Positions 63,526 to 64,000 of a stretch of DNA of 64,000 nt are shown piece after piece. A program made the position numbers and the translations under genes. The notes beneath the pieces are model-generated. The model was not told the DNA's origin, did no database searches, and worked only from the letters and a program-made list of their open reading frames with translations. The stretch covers positions 153,795 through 217,794 of the forward strand of contig CADAJP010000001.1 of the NCBI GenBank assembly GCA_902788345.1, read 5' to 3'. The first letter of the stretch is position 1; each line of letters starts with the position of its first letter. This DNA comes from an uncultured bacterium. GTDB taxonomy: Bacteria; Cyanobacteriota; Vampirovibrionia; Gastranaerophilales; Gastranaerophilaceae.

Positions 63526-64000
63526 ATGGGATTATCATCTTCACAAGGACGATTACTAACAATTACGGCAAGACTCACATCAAATGAATATGAGTCACAG
63601 CAGATTTCGAATGCAAAAATGCGTCTTGCAGTTCAATCACAGGAAGCAAGTGAAGAGTATATTGGCGAATTAAATAAACAAGTATTCAACGTAGTTTCAT
63701 ATGACAGCAGTGGTAATATGACTTCAACCCCATTAACTGCAGGTTCATTGTATGAATATAACGATACAAAAAATCAATATATACTTACAAATTCTTCAGG
63801 AAAACCTATTTTAAACCACAAGGATGCCGAGAATTACAGAAATTCAAGAAACTTAGAAGATTTCTTAAGTAAATACGGCTTGAAAAAAATATTCAAAACT
63901 CAGGCTTTAGCTGATGCATACGCAGATGTAAGAGCAAAAATGGGCTATGATGCTAATGGCAATTATAATAAAAGAAATGACTATAAAGCTCAATATGATG
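63526..64000 (+). CDS. Paralogue of 53490..55010 (5' part; runs off the window end)
   Basis: MGLSSSQGRLLTITARLTSNEYESQQISNAKMRLAVQSQEASEEYIGEL aligns residue for residue with the N-terminus of the 53490 protein. Confidence 0.6.
   Translation, partial: MGLSSSQGRLLTITARLTSNEYESQQISNAKMRLAVQSQEASEEYIGELNKQVFNVVSYDSSGNMTSTPLTAGSLYEYNDTKNQYILTNSSGKPILNHKDAENYRNSRNLEDFLSKYGLKKIFKTQALADAYADVRAKMGYDANGNYNKRNDYKAQYD

Noticed and set aside
1-64000. CRISPR arrays, IS elements, integrases, prophage or toxin-antitoxin modules, and known defence systems
   Set aside because: I saw no regularly spaced direct repeats, no transposase, integrase or recombinase motifs, and no phage structural genes. The window looks like core chromosome with interspersed lineage-specific genes rather than a mobile island.

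Overview
AT-rich, densely coding bacterial chromosomal segment with about 67 protein genes and three tRNA-Ser genes. I found no rRNA, CRISPR array, transposase, integrase or phage genes. The backbone is housekeeping: tkt (partial), pnp, aroA, DAHP synthase, surE, mscL, leuC, rplS-rbgA, glyQ, dapB, nadD-yqeK, nusB, rubredoxin and smc-scpA-scpB. The gene content includes a Ycf45-type R3H ATPase, an AAA+/DUF1257-like/DUF2997-like trio, a long NusB, FliI, rubredoxin, an NrdG-type activase and a probable split transketolase. That suggests an anaerobic, probably flagellated, non-photosynthetic relative of cyanobacteria (Melainabacteria/Vampirovibrionia-like), but this is inference only. Four things stand out. 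(1) A promoter-like motif, A-rich-(G)CAAT(T/A)-N15-(A/T)(C/T)TTTA(T/A)ATA, recurs six times with an exact 15-nt spacer. It sits upstream of lineage-specific, signal-peptide-less, Gly/Ala/Lys-rich or Q-rich proteins, one of which carries an annexin-like repeat. (2) Two sigma-28 (FliA/SigD)-like promoters (TAAA-N15/16-GCCGNCAT) drive two paralogous proteins of unknown family with conserved termini and a variable centre. In both loci the sigma-28-like promoter is arranged back-to-back with a copy of motif (1). (3) A tightly packed five-gene minus-strand operon encodes a ComEA-like protein, an NrdG-type radical-SAM activase with no NrdD in the window, an AAA+ ATPase, a four-module DUF1257-like protein and a DUF2997-like protein. 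(4) A HerA-like protein has a destroyed P-loop fused to an acidic linker and a PcrA/UvrD-type Tudor domain, and lies next to a vWA lipoprotein. Smaller oddities are an animal-type phosphomevalonate-kinase homologue, a motif-degenerate PurD paralogue, an MscL-zinc-ribbon fusion and an isolated, apparently leaderless fliI. All family assignments come from reading motifs by eye; no searches were run.
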